Assembly (NCBI GenBank): GCA_050014495.1
Contig: JBEKDF010000001.1
Location: forward strand, 170,554-234,553
DNA from: Candidatus Bathyarchaeia archaeon
GTDB taxonomy: Archaea; Thermoproteota; Bathyarchaeia; TCS64
Direction: 5' to 3'
DNA: 64,000 nucleotides
Positions 40,121 to 50,300 of the stretch are shown in pieces. The notes below the pieces were generated by a model. The model was not told where the DNA came from and did no database searches. It saw only the letters and a list, made by a program, of their open reading frames with translations. Numbering within the stretch: the stretch's first letter is position 1; every line of letters starts with the position of its first letter. The position numbers and the translations under genes were made by a program.

Positions 40121-41980
40121 ATGCCAAGAGGATACGCTGGAAAGTACCTAGACGTCGACCTCACAAAGGAGAAGATAAAGGAGACAAGCTTCGATGATAA
40201 GACCCTTCAGCAGTACTTCGGGGGACGCGGGCTGGCTGCGAAGATACTCTGGGACAGGGTAGGGAAGAGGTGGGAGACCCTCGACCCCTATGCCCCAGAA
40301 AGCCCACTCCTCATACTAACTGGCCCAATGACAGGCATCTACCCCGGCGGCAGAATATGTGTATCGGGGAAGAGCCCTGCAAGCATGGGCACAGTCGGCT
40401 CCACGGCGTCCACCGAGTTCGCACACGAGCTCCGATGCTCTGGATATGATGGCGTCATATTCACAGGTAAGTCGGAGAAGCCCGTCTACCTCCTAGTCAC
40501 CAGCGACGGGGTGGAACTCAGATCCGCTGAACACATCTGGGGCATGGTGGGTGAGGAGACCATCAAGACCCTGAACAGGGAGGTCGGGGAAGAGTTGAAA
40601 AAGCGCAATCCTAACGTGGGCATCTGGCGTGAGCCCGGCATGATCTACATCGGCCCCGCAGGGGAGAACATGGTTCGCAACGCGGCGGTGATGACGAAGA
40701 TATGCCACGCAGCCGGTTACGGTGGCTACGGCGCACTGATGGGCTCGAAGAAGCTCAAGGCAGTCGTCGCCAAGGGCAGGGGAAAAATGCCTGCTGCGGA
40801 CGCCCCCGAGGCAGCCAAACTCCTCTGGAAGAGGGCGCACCAGATCCTAATCTCCAAAAGCGAAATGAGACGCTACGGCACAGGTTATGCAGGCTACACA
40901 ACCGGTGCAGACACTAGTAGCGAGCCAATAAGGAACTGGCAGACGGAGTGGCACGACGAGAAGAGCTACGCCGGCCCACGCTTCGAGCAGTACTGGGTCA
41001 AGAAGAAATGGGCGGACTTCAACTGCACAACAAACTGCATGAAGGTCAGCTGCATAAAGAACGGTAAGTGGAAGGGGGACATCACAGACCTCCCCGACTA
41101 CGAGCTACAGGCGTACTGTGGCACCAATCTCGGCATATTCGAGCCATCAGATAACATACACATGAGTGCACTCATCGACAACCTCGGCCACAGCGGCATC
41201 AACGGTCCCAACACCATGGGCTTCGCTGCTGAACTATACCAGAGGAAGATACTCACGAAGAAGGACATAGGATTCGAGCTAAACTGGGGAGACACCGACG
41301 CCTTCACGAGGCTCGCGTGGATGATTGCGAAGCGCGAGGGCATAGGCGATGTCCTCGCCGAAGGCTCCTACAGAGCCGCAATCAAGATCGCAGAGATGAA
41401 GGGAAAGAAGCCCGAGGAGCTGCTGAAGTACGTCGTCCACGTGAAGGGCATCGAGATCGGCGCCCACGGGACGCGTAGCGACCAGGATTACGTCCACGAC
41501 GCCAGCTACGCAGGTAATGTTCAGGGGGGAGATCATACCTCAGACATCGGTGACGGCTATAGCGATATGAGCGGCGCCATCTTCGCCGACAGCGGCGTCT
41601 TCTGCGACTTCTGCCGGACCACCAGGGAGCTAGAGTTCGACTTCGCCAAGGCCATCACAGGCTTCCCAATAACCGTTGAGAGCTGGAGAAAGGAGACGGG
41701 TCCGAGGACTGTCACACTCCAGAGGGCGCTCCTAATGCTTGGCGGCCCGGATATGAAGTGGGAGCCGCTGAAGGACGACGACAACCCACCCCGCTTCTAC
41801 GAACCCCTCCCCGAGGGCCCCTACAAGGGAAGGACGACCGACAAGAAGCTCGTCGACCAGAAACTCCAGGCCTACTTCGAGACCTTAGGCTGGGACGAGC
41901 GCGGCATCCCCAAGAGGGAGACGCTGAAGAGACTCGACCTCGCCGACGTTGAGCCCTACATGAAGAAGCTCAGGATCTAG
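40121..41980 (+). CDS. Tungsten AOR-family oxidoreductase, WOR5-like large subunit (copy 1)
   Basis: GGRGL, HAAGYGGYG..MGSK, SSEPIRNWQ, PDYEL, QGGDHTS, DDDNPPRFYEPLP. Confidence 0.88.
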   Translation: MPRGYAGKYLDVDLTKEKIKETSFDDKTLQQYFGGRGLAAKILWDRVGKRWETLDPYAPESPLLILTGPMTGIYPGGRICVSGKSPASMGTVGSTASTEFAHELRCSGYDGVIFTGKSEKPVYLLVTSDGVELRSAEHIWGMVGEETIKTLNREVGEELKKRNPNVGIWREPGMIYIGPAGENMVRNAAVMTKICHAAGYGGYGALMGSKKLKAVVAKGRGKMPAADAPEAAKLLWKRAHQILISKSEMRRYGTGYAGYTTGADTSSEPIRNWQTEWHDEKSYAGPRFEQYWVKKKWADFNCTTNCMKVSCIKNGKWKGDITDLPDYELQAYCGTNLGIFEPSDNIHMSALIDNLGHSGINGPNTMGFAAELYQRKILTKKDIGFELNWGDTDAFTRLAWMIAKREGIGDVLAEGSYRAAIKIAEMKGKKPEELLKYVVHVKGIEIGAHGTRSDQDYVHDASYAGNVQGGDHTSDIGDGYSDMSGAIFADSGVFCDFCRTTRELEFDFAKAITGFPITVESWRKETGPRTVTLQRALLMLGGPDMKWEPLKDDDNPPRFYEPLPEGPYKGRTTDKKLVDQKLQAYFETLGWDERGIPKRETLKRLDLADVEPYMKKLRI

Positions 41981-42018
41981 CTCCCACCACTTATATCTCA
42001 CACCCTCACACTTTTCTC

Positions 42019-42956
42019 GTGGATCTACTAAGCAGATTCAAGGGTAGCCTAATAGGACTCGCTGTCGGGGACGCCCTCGGGGTCCCCGTCGAGTTCGAGC
42101 CAAGAGGTAGCTTCCCCATATAACCGGTTTCCGTGGCGGTGGCCCATTCAACCTAAAGCCTGGTGACTGGACTGATGACACCTCCCTCGCCCTCTGCCTC
42201 GCCGAGAGCCTCATAGAAAAGATGGGTTTCGACCCTCGAGATCAGGCTGAAAAGTATGTGAAGTGGTGGAGAGAGGGGCATCTAAGCTGCACTGGGAACT
42301 GCTTCGATATAGGGAACACGACGAAGGCGAGCCTTCAGAGGTTCATCGACACCGGAAACCCATACTCCGGACCAACTGATCCCGAAACGGGAAGTAACGG
42401 ATCACTCATGAGGTTAGCACCGGTGCCATTGTTCTACCACGACTCTCCACGAAGAGCCATTGAATACTCGGGACTCAGCTCCAAGACTACACACGGTGCA
42501 GATGAGGCCATAGACACCTGCAGATACCTAGGTGCACTAATCGTTGGCGCATTAAAGGGCAAGAGTAAGGAGACTCTTCTCTCACAAAGGTACGAACCCG
42601 AAAAGGAGATCTGGAGAGAAAAACCTCTAGTAGATAAGGTCGACGCGGTGGCGGGGGGTTCTTTCAAGTACTCTGAGCCACCCGTAATCATGGCACAGGG
42701 AACGGCGGTAAAGACCCTCGAAGCCGCCCTATGGGCTTTTTCGAAGGGGTCGTCCTTCGAGGAGGGGTCCCTTCTCGCTGTCAATCTGGGAGACGACTCC
42801 GATACTGTGGGCGCCGTCTATGGACAATTAGGGGGGGTATACTACGGGATCGAAAAAATTCCCACTGAATGGCTCATAGGACTTTCAAACATAGAAATAA
42901 TCGAATCCATAGCTGAAAAGCTCTTCAACACCTCACAGACGCTAAAAACAGAGTAG
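42019..42956 (+). pseudogene. ADP-ribosylglycohydrolase (DraG/ARH family) with a frameshift near 42120
   Basis: GTG 42019 gives MDLLSRFKGSLIGLAVGDALGVPVEF..FPI*. The -1 frame continues ITGFRGGGPF..WTDDT..GSNGSLMR..TTH..GDDSDT. Confidence 0.82.
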
Positions 42957-43091
42957 TTTCGCTTTTACCCTTTTTTTTTGAATTTCTACAATTAGATGTG
43001 TTTTTTCATGCATATCGCACCATTTGACCCACTCAGAGAAGCCTTTTATCCCGATGATCGACTAAAATCCATAGTTACTTCTGGTGAGACG

Positions 43092-43613
43092 ATGAGCAAA
43101 CCAATCTGGATAGCCCGAGACTACGCTGCCTGCAGCGGGTGCAAACGGTGTGAGCTCGCATGCAGCATGAAGTTCGAGGGATGGATGTTTCCCGAAGCCT
43201 CCATGGTCCGAGTCTTCATGCCCTTCCCCGGGGTCGAGGTGCCACACCTCTGCGCACAATGTGCTGACTACCCCTGCGTAGCCTCCTGCGCCCCCAAAGC
43301 CCTCAGCGTGGACCCCGTCACAACCGCAGTGATCGTGGACAAGGAGAAGTGCATAAGCTGCGGAAGCTGCATAAGGGCCTGCCCGGGAAACGTACCATAC
43401 CTACACCCAGAGACGAATAAGGCAGTCATCTGTAACCTCTGCAACGGTGACCCAGAGTGCGTCAAGGTCTGCGTAGAAGCAGGCTACAACGCACTAACAG
43501 TCGTACCCGAGGGACCGAACGTCAACAAGAAACTCTTCAGCAGGCCACCCATTGAGGTGGCGAAGGACCTCGCGGTACTCTTCTTCGGCGAGAAGGGTGA
43601 GGAGGTAATCTAG
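43092..43613 (+). CDS. 4x[4Fe-4S] subunit of WOR5-like oxidoreductase (copy 2)
   Basis: Close paralog of 39598..40119. GGTGA RBS before ATG 43092. Confidence 0.88.
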   Translation: MSKPIWIARDYAACSGCKRCELACSMKFEGWMFPEASMVRVFMPFPGVEVPHLCAQCADYPCVASCAPKALSVDPVTTAVIVDKEKCISCGSCIRACPGNVPYLHPETNKAVICNLCNGDPECVKVCVEAGYNALTVVPEGPNVNKKLFSRPPIEVAKDLAVLFFGEKGEEVI

Positions 43614-45482
43614 GTGCCCGGCGGATACGCGGGCAAGTTCCTCGACGTCGACCTCTCCAAGAGGAAGATAAAGGACACAACGTTCGACGACGAGACCCTC
43701 GAGATGTTCTTCGGCGGGCGCGGCCTCGCATCGAAGATCCTCTGGGACCGCCTCGGGAAAAAGTGGGGGGACATAGATTCTCTGAGCCCAGAGAACCTCT
43801 TCTTGGCCCTGACCGGACCCATGACGGCCATATACCCCGGCGCTAGGATAATGTGCTCGGGTAAGAGCCCTCTCAGCAACGGCATCGTGGGATCAACCGC
43901 CTCAACCGAGTTCGCATCAGAGATTAAGATGGCGGGATACGACGGGGTAATCGTATCCGGAAAAGCTGACGAGCCCATCTACATCCAGATAACAAACGAG
44001 GGCGGAGAGATTAAGAACGCGAAGCACCTCTGGGGCACGATCGGCGAGGACACGATTAAGATCCTCAACAGGGAGGTCACCACGGATCTCACCAAGAGGA
44101 AACCGTCCATCGGACTCTGGAAGGAACCAGGCATAATCTACACCGGCCCAGCCGGTGAGAACCTAGTGCGCAACGCGGCGGTAATGACGAAAATCTGCCA
44201 CGCATGTGGCTACGGCGGCTACGGCGCACTGATGGGATCGAAAAACCTCAAAGCCATCGTTGCCAAGGGCAGGGGAAGGCTACCTACTGTCAACGCCCCT
44301 GAAGCCGTCAAAATCATGTGGAAGAGGACTCACGAGATCCTAATCGGTCAGGGGAGGATGCGCCGCTGGGGCACAGGCTACGGCGGTTACGTAACCGGCG
44401 CAGAGACCAGCTCCGAGCCCGTGAAGAACTGGCAAGAGGAGTGGCACGACGATAAGAACATGGGCGGCCCAAAGTTCGAGAACAAGTTCTGGGTAAAGAA
44501 GAAATGGTCCGACTTCAACTGCACCACCAATTGCATGAAGGTCAGCTGCATAAAGTCCGGTAAATGGAAGGGAGACATCACGGACATGCCCGACTACGAG
44601 CTCGAGGCATACTGCGGGACGAACCTTGGTATATTCGACCCAGCTGACAACATCCACATTAGCACACTTATCGACAAACTGGGCCATAGTGGCATCAATG
44701 GCCCTAACACAATGGGTTTCGCTGCGGAGTTATACCAGAGGGGCATCCTAACTGAGAAGGACTTCGGCTTCAAACCCATCTGGGGCGACGCCGAATCAAT
44801 GGATAAGCTCGCCTGGCTGATCGCGAAGAGGGAGAAAATTGGCGACGTCCTCGCGGAAGGTACATATCGTGCTGCGATAAAAATCGCCAAAATGAAGAAG
44901 ATGAAGTCAGAGGAGCTACTCAAGTATGCAATACATGTGAAAGGAATCGAGATTGGTGCCCACGGAACGAGGAGCGACGCAGATTACACCCATGACATCT
45001 CCTACGCCGCCAGCGTTCAAGGTGGTGACCATACTTCCACGACCACCGACGGATACACCGATATGAGCGGCGCAGTCTTCACCGACTCAGCCGTCTTCTG
45101 CAACTTCTGCTACTTCGCAGTCCCCCAGGAACTTGTATTCGACTACGCAAAGGCAATCACAGGTTTTCCCATCTCACAGGAGAGCTGGAGGCGCGTCACA
45201 GGCCCAAGGATAGTCACGCTTCAGAAAGTATTGCTCCTCCTAGGAGGCCCAGACATAACCTGGGAACCGATCAAGGACGACGACAACCCACCACGCTTCT
45301 ACGAACCCCTCCCAACAGGTCCATTCAAGGGAAAGATTACAGACAAACAGAAGGTCGATGATAAGCTTCAGACATACTTCGCGACGCTGGGATGGGACAA
45401 CAAGGGCATCCCAACGAAAGAGACATTAAAGAAACTCGGTCTCAGCGACTGCGAAACGGTCATGAAGAAACTCAGAGAGTAA
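43614..45482 (+). CDS. WOR5-like tungsten oxidoreductase large subunit (copy 2)
   Basis: Same motifs as copy 1. Starts immediately after the Fe-S subunit stop. Confidence 0.88.
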   Translation: MPGGYAGKFLDVDLSKRKIKDTTFDDETLEMFFGGRGLASKILWDRLGKKWGDIDSLSPENLFLALTGPMTAIYPGARIMCSGKSPLSNGIVGSTASTEFASEIKMAGYDGVIVSGKADEPIYIQITNEGGEIKNAKHLWGTIGEDTIKILNREVTTDLTKRKPSIGLWKEPGIIYTGPAGENLVRNAAVMTKICHACGYGGYGALMGSKNLKAIVAKGRGRLPTVNAPEAVKIMWKRTHEILIGQGRMRRWGTGYGGYVTGAETSSEPVKNWQEEWHDDKNMGGPKFENKFWVKKKWSDFNCTTNCMKVSCIKSGKWKGDITDMPDYELEAYCGTNLGIFDPADNIHISTLIDKLGHSGINGPNTMGFAAELYQRGILTEKDFGFKPIWGDAESMDKLAWLIAKREKIGDVLAEGTYRAAIKIAKMKKMKSEELLKYAIHVKGIEIGAHGTRSDADYTHDISYAASVQGGDHTSTTTDGYTDMSGAVFTDSAVFCNFCYFAVPQELVFDYAKAITGFPISQESWRRVTGPRIVTLQKVLLLLGGPDITWEPIKDDDNPPRFYEPLPTGPFKGKITDKQKVDDKLQTYFATLGWDNKGIPTKETLKKLGLSDCETVMKKLRE

Positions 45483-45516
45483 ATCTCTATTCATAAGCTA
45501 TGATGGAGGACGAAAA

Positions 45517-47385
45517 ATGCCAGGTGGATATGCTGGGAAGTTCCTAGACGTCGATCTGACGAAGGATAAGATTCGGGACGTCGTCTTTAAAGATGATTTG
45601 CTGGAGATGTTCTTCGGCGGCCGTGGCTTAGCAGCGAAGATTCTTTGGGATAGAATAGGGAAAACATGGGAGAAAATCGACCCACTCGGCCCCAAGAACC
45701 TCTTAATCGCCCTCACGGGCCCTATGACGGGAATATACCCCGGCGGGCGTATATGTGTCTCGGGAAAGAGCCCCATGAGTAACGGAACCGTGGGATCAAC
45801 AGCCTCCACCGAGTTTGCTCACGAACTCAGATGCGCCGGCTACGATGGCATCATAGTCTCTGGGAAGTCTGATGAACCCGTCTACATCCAGGTCACGAAC
45901 GCGGGAGGTGCAATAAAACCCGCCGGACACTTGTGGGGAAAGGACGGGGAGCAGACACTCATAGCCCTAAACAAGGAGCTAGCTGCTGAATTTGCCAAGA
46001 TAAAGCCTAGCGTCGGTCTCTGGCGTGAACCGGGGATGATCTACATAGGACCCGCCGGAGAGAACCTTGTACGCAACGCAGCCGTGATGACCAAGCTATG
46101 CCACGCGTGTGGCTATGGTGGATATGGCTCAGTCATGGGTAGCAAGAATATCAAAGCCATAGTCGCGAAGGGCCGCGGAAGGATGCCGACGCCAGATGCC
46201 CCAGAGACGGCGAAGTTGCTCTGGAAGAAGACTCATGAATGCCTCATAGCCCGAAAACAGTTTAGACGATGGGGGACCGGCTTCGGCGGCTTCGCATTCG
46301 GCAATGGCACAAGCAGCGAGCCAATCAAGAACTGGCAGGAGGAGTGGCACAACGAGAAAAGCATCGGTGGCCCCATGTTCGAGACCAGGTACTGGGTTAA
46401 GAAGAAGTGGACCGACTTCAACTGCACAACTAACTGCATGAAGGTCAGCTGCATAAAGTCGGGCCCATGGAAGGGGGACATAACCGACATGCCCGACTAC
46501 GAACTAGAGTCTCATTGCGGGACGAACTTCGGCATCTTCAACCCCGAGGAAATAATCCACCTCAGCACCCTCTGCGACCTTCTCGGTCACAGCGGAATCA
46601 ATGGCATGAGTGCCATGAGCTACGCGGCCGAGCTCTACCAGCGGGGTATTCTAACCGAGGAAGACATCGGCTTCAAACTCGAGTGGGGGAATGTTAAGGC
46701 ATTCGACCGCCTGATGCGGATGGTTGCTAACCGCGAGGGCATCGGAGATGTGATAGCTGAAGGCACCTACAGAGCCGCTATCAAGATAGCAAAAATGAAG
46801 AGGATGAAGCCCGAGGAGCTCCTCAAATACGCCGTCGTAGTAAAGGGGATTGAGGTCGGCGCCCATGGCACCCGAAGCGACGCAGACTTCGCTCATGATA
46901 TAGGCTACGCGGCAAGTGTCCAAGGCGGAGATCACTCGAGCCTCGTTTACGACGGATACACGGACATGTCGGGTAGTATCTTCGCCGACTCTGGTGTCTT
47001 CTGTAGCTTTGCATACAATGGGGTACCACAAGAGCTCGTATTCGATTTCGCCAAGGCAATCACCGGCTTCCCCATAGACATTGAAAGCTGGAGGCGCGTC
47101 ACAGGTCCAAGGATAGTGACCCTGCAGAAGGTGTTGCTCCTCCTAGGAGGCCCAGACGTGACTTGGGAGCCGATCAAGGACGACGACAACCCACCACGCT
47201 TCTACGAACCCCTCCCAACAGGTCCTTTCAAGGGAAAAACAACCGACAAGGCCCGAATTGATAAGAAGATGCAGATCTACTTCCATACCCTCGGCTGGGA
47301 CGAGCGCGGCATCCCCCTGAAAGAGACCCTTGTCAAGATGGGGCTCAATGACTGCGAACCAGCCATGGCGAAACTCAGACGCTAA
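45517..47385 (+). CDS. WOR5-like tungsten oxidoreductase large subunit (copy 3)
   Basis: Same motifs. GGAGG RBS. No dedicated Fe-S subunit gene. Confidence 0.88.
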   Translation: MPGGYAGKFLDVDLTKDKIRDVVFKDDLLEMFFGGRGLAAKILWDRIGKTWEKIDPLGPKNLLIALTGPMTGIYPGGRICVSGKSPMSNGTVGSTASTEFAHELRCAGYDGIIVSGKSDEPVYIQVTNAGGAIKPAGHLWGKDGEQTLIALNKELAAEFAKIKPSVGLWREPGMIYIGPAGENLVRNAAVMTKLCHACGYGGYGSVMGSKNIKAIVAKGRGRMPTPDAPETAKLLWKKTHECLIARKQFRRWGTGFGGFAFGNGTSSEPIKNWQEEWHNEKSIGGPMFETRYWVKKKWTDFNCTTNCMKVSCIKSGPWKGDITDMPDYELESHCGTNFGIFNPEEIIHLSTLCDLLGHSGINGMSAMSYAAELYQRGILTEEDIGFKLEWGNVKAFDRLMRMVANREGIGDVIAEGTYRAAIKIAKMKRMKPEELLKYAVVVKGIEVGAHGTRSDADFAHDIGYAASVQGGDHSSLVYDGYTDMSGSIFADSGVFCSFAYNGVPQELVFDFAKAITGFPIDIESWRRVTGPRIVTLQKVLLLLGGPDVTWEPIKDDDNPPRFYEPLPTGPFKGKTTDKARIDKKMQIYFHTLGWDERGIPLKETLVKMGLNDCEPAMAKLRR

Positions 47386-47432
47386 CCTTTTCCCATCAAA
47401 CTTTATCTCCCCCTGCATCGTGATTGGTTACG

Positions 47433-47708
47433 ATGAAAGTTACAGTCCGCGTCTTCGGCGACGTCTCACAGGTTATCGGTAGGAGACACGAGGTAGAACT
47501 GCAGGAGACCGCGACCATCACCACACTCGCAGCGAGGGTCGGTGAGAAGACGGGGCAGCGACAAGGTTACCTAGGCGACTTCCATGTGGGAGGGAAAGAT
47601 CTCGCCATACTACTCAATGGAAAGAGCATAGACCTGCTCGATGGCACCCAGACGAAACTTAAGGATGGCGACGAGGTCGTAATCATGCAGCCGACAGCCG
47701 GCGGCTAA
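47433..47708 (+). CDS. MoaD/ThiS (SAMP-like) sulfur carrier
   Basis: Ubiquitin-like fold, ILLNG, LKDGDEV, C-terminal GG. Confidence 0.88.
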   Translation: MKVTVRVFGDVSQVIGRRHEVELQETATITTLAARVGEKTGQRQGYLGDFHVGGKDLAILLNGKSIDLLDGTQTKLKDGDEVVIMQPTAGG

Positions 47709-48187
47709 GGCCGGATTAGAACTTCGGCTTCTATCTCAACGGGTATCCCGAAAGGGAGTTCAGCTAGCCCGACAGCAGACCGGGCATGTATCCCAGCCTC
47801 CTTCCCCCAAACCTCGATTATCAGATCAGAGAACCCATTGATGACGGCGGGTTGGTTCCTGAAACCGGGCGCCGAGTTCACCATCCCGAATACCCTTAAC
47901 CATTTTTCTACCCGATCGAGATCGGCAAGCTCTTGTTTCAAGCTCGCTATGATAGCTAGCCCGGTTTGTCTCGCTGATTTGTAAGCTTCATCCTGTGAGA
48001 CCTCTGCCCCAACCTTTCCGAGTTTGGTCGTGAGTGAACCATCGGAGTTCGTTGGGCCATGTCCTGAGATGTAGGCTCGGTTCTCGTGTACTCTTACGAA
48101 TGGGAAGGTCTGTCGAAAGGTTGCGGGAACTTTCGTAGGCTCTGGGAGAATTAAGCCAAGTTCATCTAGTCTTGCTTCAATCTTCAT
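47705..48187 (-). CDS. RidA/YjgF-family protein
   Basis: ISGHGP, NGFSDL, HARSAVG..ELP..PVEIE. Confidence 0.88.
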   Translation of the reverse strand: MKIEARLDELGLILPEPTKVPATFRQTFPFVRVHENRAYISGHGPTNSDGSLTTKLGKVGAEVSQDEAYKSARQTGLAIIASLKQELADLDRVEKWLRVFGMVNSAPGFRNQPAVINGFSDLIIEVWGKEAGIHARSAVGLAELPFGIPVEIEAEVLIRP

Positions 48188-48358
48188 CTAGATTCAATAG
48201 TGAGTTTCATTACACGCGATTTAAAAGCACCTAACTCTCATGTTATCCCTGAACACTCCTCTTTTTTCCTTCACTATAAATCGATGTGTAGTTTGAAACA
48301 TCTCGAAGGTGATATCCTTATCAGTCTTCACAATTCTCTGGTATCAGGTGAACAATCC

Positions 48359-50194
48359 TTGAAGGGATGGACAGGAAGCCTCCTCAGGGTAGACCTGACG
48401 AAGGGTAAGGCGGCTCATACCGATTACACTGAGGAATTCGCCACTAAGTTCATGGGTGGGCGAGGCTTCGCCATCAAGCTCCTCTGGGACGAGCTGAAGC
48501 CAAACACTGACCCTCTCAGCCCGGATAATCTTCTCATCTTTGCAGGGGGACCATACGCCGGCTACGCCGTCCCCAATAGCGGGAAGATGGTCGTCGCCGC
48601 TAAGAGCCCCCTGACAGGGGGCTACGGTGACGGAAACCTCGGGACCTTGGCGACCCCCAACATGAGGAAAGCTGGCATCGACGGTATTATCGTGACGGGT
48701 AAGGCGAGGAAACCGACCTATATCTGGATAAACGACAACGAGGTTGAGCTCAAGTCCGCGGATGACCTCTGGGGCCTCGACGCCTATGAGACTGAGAAGC
48801 GGCTCAAGAGAGAGCATGGCGCATCGACTGGGGCCCTCGTTATCGGCCAGAGTGGTGAGAACCTCTGCCGCTTTGCTACAGTGGTCTGCCAGCAGGGACG
48901 AGCAGGAGGCCGCCCAGGTATGGGGGCAGTCATGGGGAGTAAGAACCTCAAGGCGATACTAATCCACGGTACCAAACTCCCAGAGGCTGCAGACCAATCC
49001 ACACTAGATAGGCTCGGGAAGGAGGGCTTCGCAAACATACTCAAGCGTAACAACTCCACACATTGGACTGCCCAGGGAACCATGTCAACTGTCGAGTGGT
49101 GCCAGACCGCAAGCACCCTACCGACACGCAACTTCAGCGAGGGAGTCTTCGACCACAGCAAGGAGATCGATGGAAACACAATGGAGGCGTCCACCATCAA
49201 GCAGCAAGGCTGCCCTAACTGCAACATGATCTGCGGAAATGTTATACTCGACACCAACGGCGAGGAATCGGAACTAGACTATGAAAACGTCGTCATGCTA
49301 GGCAGCAACATAGGGGTTGGAGACCTGAAGCAGGTCGGCCGCCTCAACAGAATGTGCGACATGATGGGCCTCGACACCATCAGTGCGGGCAGCGCCCTCG
49401 GCTTCGCGATGGAAGCCTCCCAAAAGAAACTCGTAAATGACCTCAAAATCGACTGGGGCGACTTCGAAGGCTCCCAGAAGCTGTTAGAGGATATGGCCTA
49501 CATGCGTGGCCACGGCGCCCTCTTCGGCCTCGGAACCAAAGCCGCCGCCGAGAAGATCGGCCACGGAGCTATAGACTGGGCGATGCAGGTCAAAGGCCTA
49601 GAATGCAGCGCTTACGACTGCCACCTCTGCCCAGGGATGGCTCTCAGCTTCGGCACCAGTCCAATCGGAGCCCACCACAAGGATGCCTGGGTCATCAGCT
49701 GGGAGATAAGCACCGGCACTCGGGAAGAGTACAGCCCAGCCAAGGCGGATAAAGTCATCGAGTTCCAGAGGATCAGGGGCGGTATGTTTGAGTGTCTAGT
49801 CGCCTGCAGGTTCCCATGGATTGAACTCGGCTTCGAAACCGACTGGTACCCGAAGTACTTCGAGGCCTCTACCGGCCTCAAGTGGAACCTCGACGACATG
49901 TGGGCCCTAGGCGACCGCGTCTACGCACTCATTCGGGCATTCTGGGTCCGCGAATTCCAGGGTAAGTGGGACAGGGGGATGGACTACCCACCTGAGCGCT
50001 GGTTCAAAGATCCTCTCACACAGGGACCTCTAATCGGGAAGAAACTCGATAAGGCAAAGTACGACACCCTGCTCAGCTACTATTATGAGAAGAGGGGATG
50101 GGACGAAAGAGGTATCCCGACGAAAGCCACCCTGGTAAAGCTCGGACTCGAGAAAGAAGCTGAAGAACTAAACAAGGTGGTAATCCTCAAGTAA
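48359..50194 (+). CDS. for: Tungsten formaldehyde:ferredoxin oxidoreductase-like enzyme
   Basis: KSPLTGGYGDGNLG, GRPGMGAVMGSK, CPNCNMIC, ELDYEN, GAHHKDAW, RAFWVREF. TTG start after AGGTGA. Confidence 0.88.
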   Translation: MKGWTGSLLRVDLTKGKAAHTDYTEEFATKFMGGRGFAIKLLWDELKPNTDPLSPDNLLIFAGGPYAGYAVPNSGKMVVAAKSPLTGGYGDGNLGTLATPNMRKAGIDGIIVTGKARKPTYIWINDNEVELKSADDLWGLDAYETEKRLKREHGASTGALVIGQSGENLCRFATVVCQQGRAGGRPGMGAVMGSKNLKAILIHGTKLPEAADQSTLDRLGKEGFANILKRNNSTHWTAQGTMSTVEWCQTASTLPTRNFSEGVFDHSKEIDGNTMEASTIKQQGCPNCNMICGNVILDTNGEESELDYENVVMLGSNIGVGDLKQVGRLNRMCDMMGLDTISAGSALGFAMEASQKKLVNDLKIDWGDFEGSQKLLEDMAYMRGHGALFGLGTKAAAEKIGHGAIDWAMQVKGLECSAYDCHLCPGMALSFGTSPIGAHHKDAWVISWEISTGTREEYSPAKADKVIEFQRIRGGMFECLVACRFPWIELGFETDWYPKYFEASTGLKWNLDDMWALGDRVYALIRAFWVREFQGKWDRGMDYPPERWFKDPLTQGPLIGKKLDKAKYDTLLSYYYEKRGWDERGIPTKATLVKLGLEKEAEELNKVVILK

Positions 50195-50300
50195 ATCCTA
50201 CATTAACCACTAACTGAAAACAGGTATAGATGATGAGGATTAAGCGTGATGCTCGATTATGAGTTTGTGAAAAATGCACACGCCCCCCCTTAAAAAAAAG

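Noticed and set aside
50230..50270. ATGATGA as C box of a C/D sRNA
   Set aside because: No CTGA D box at a suitable distance
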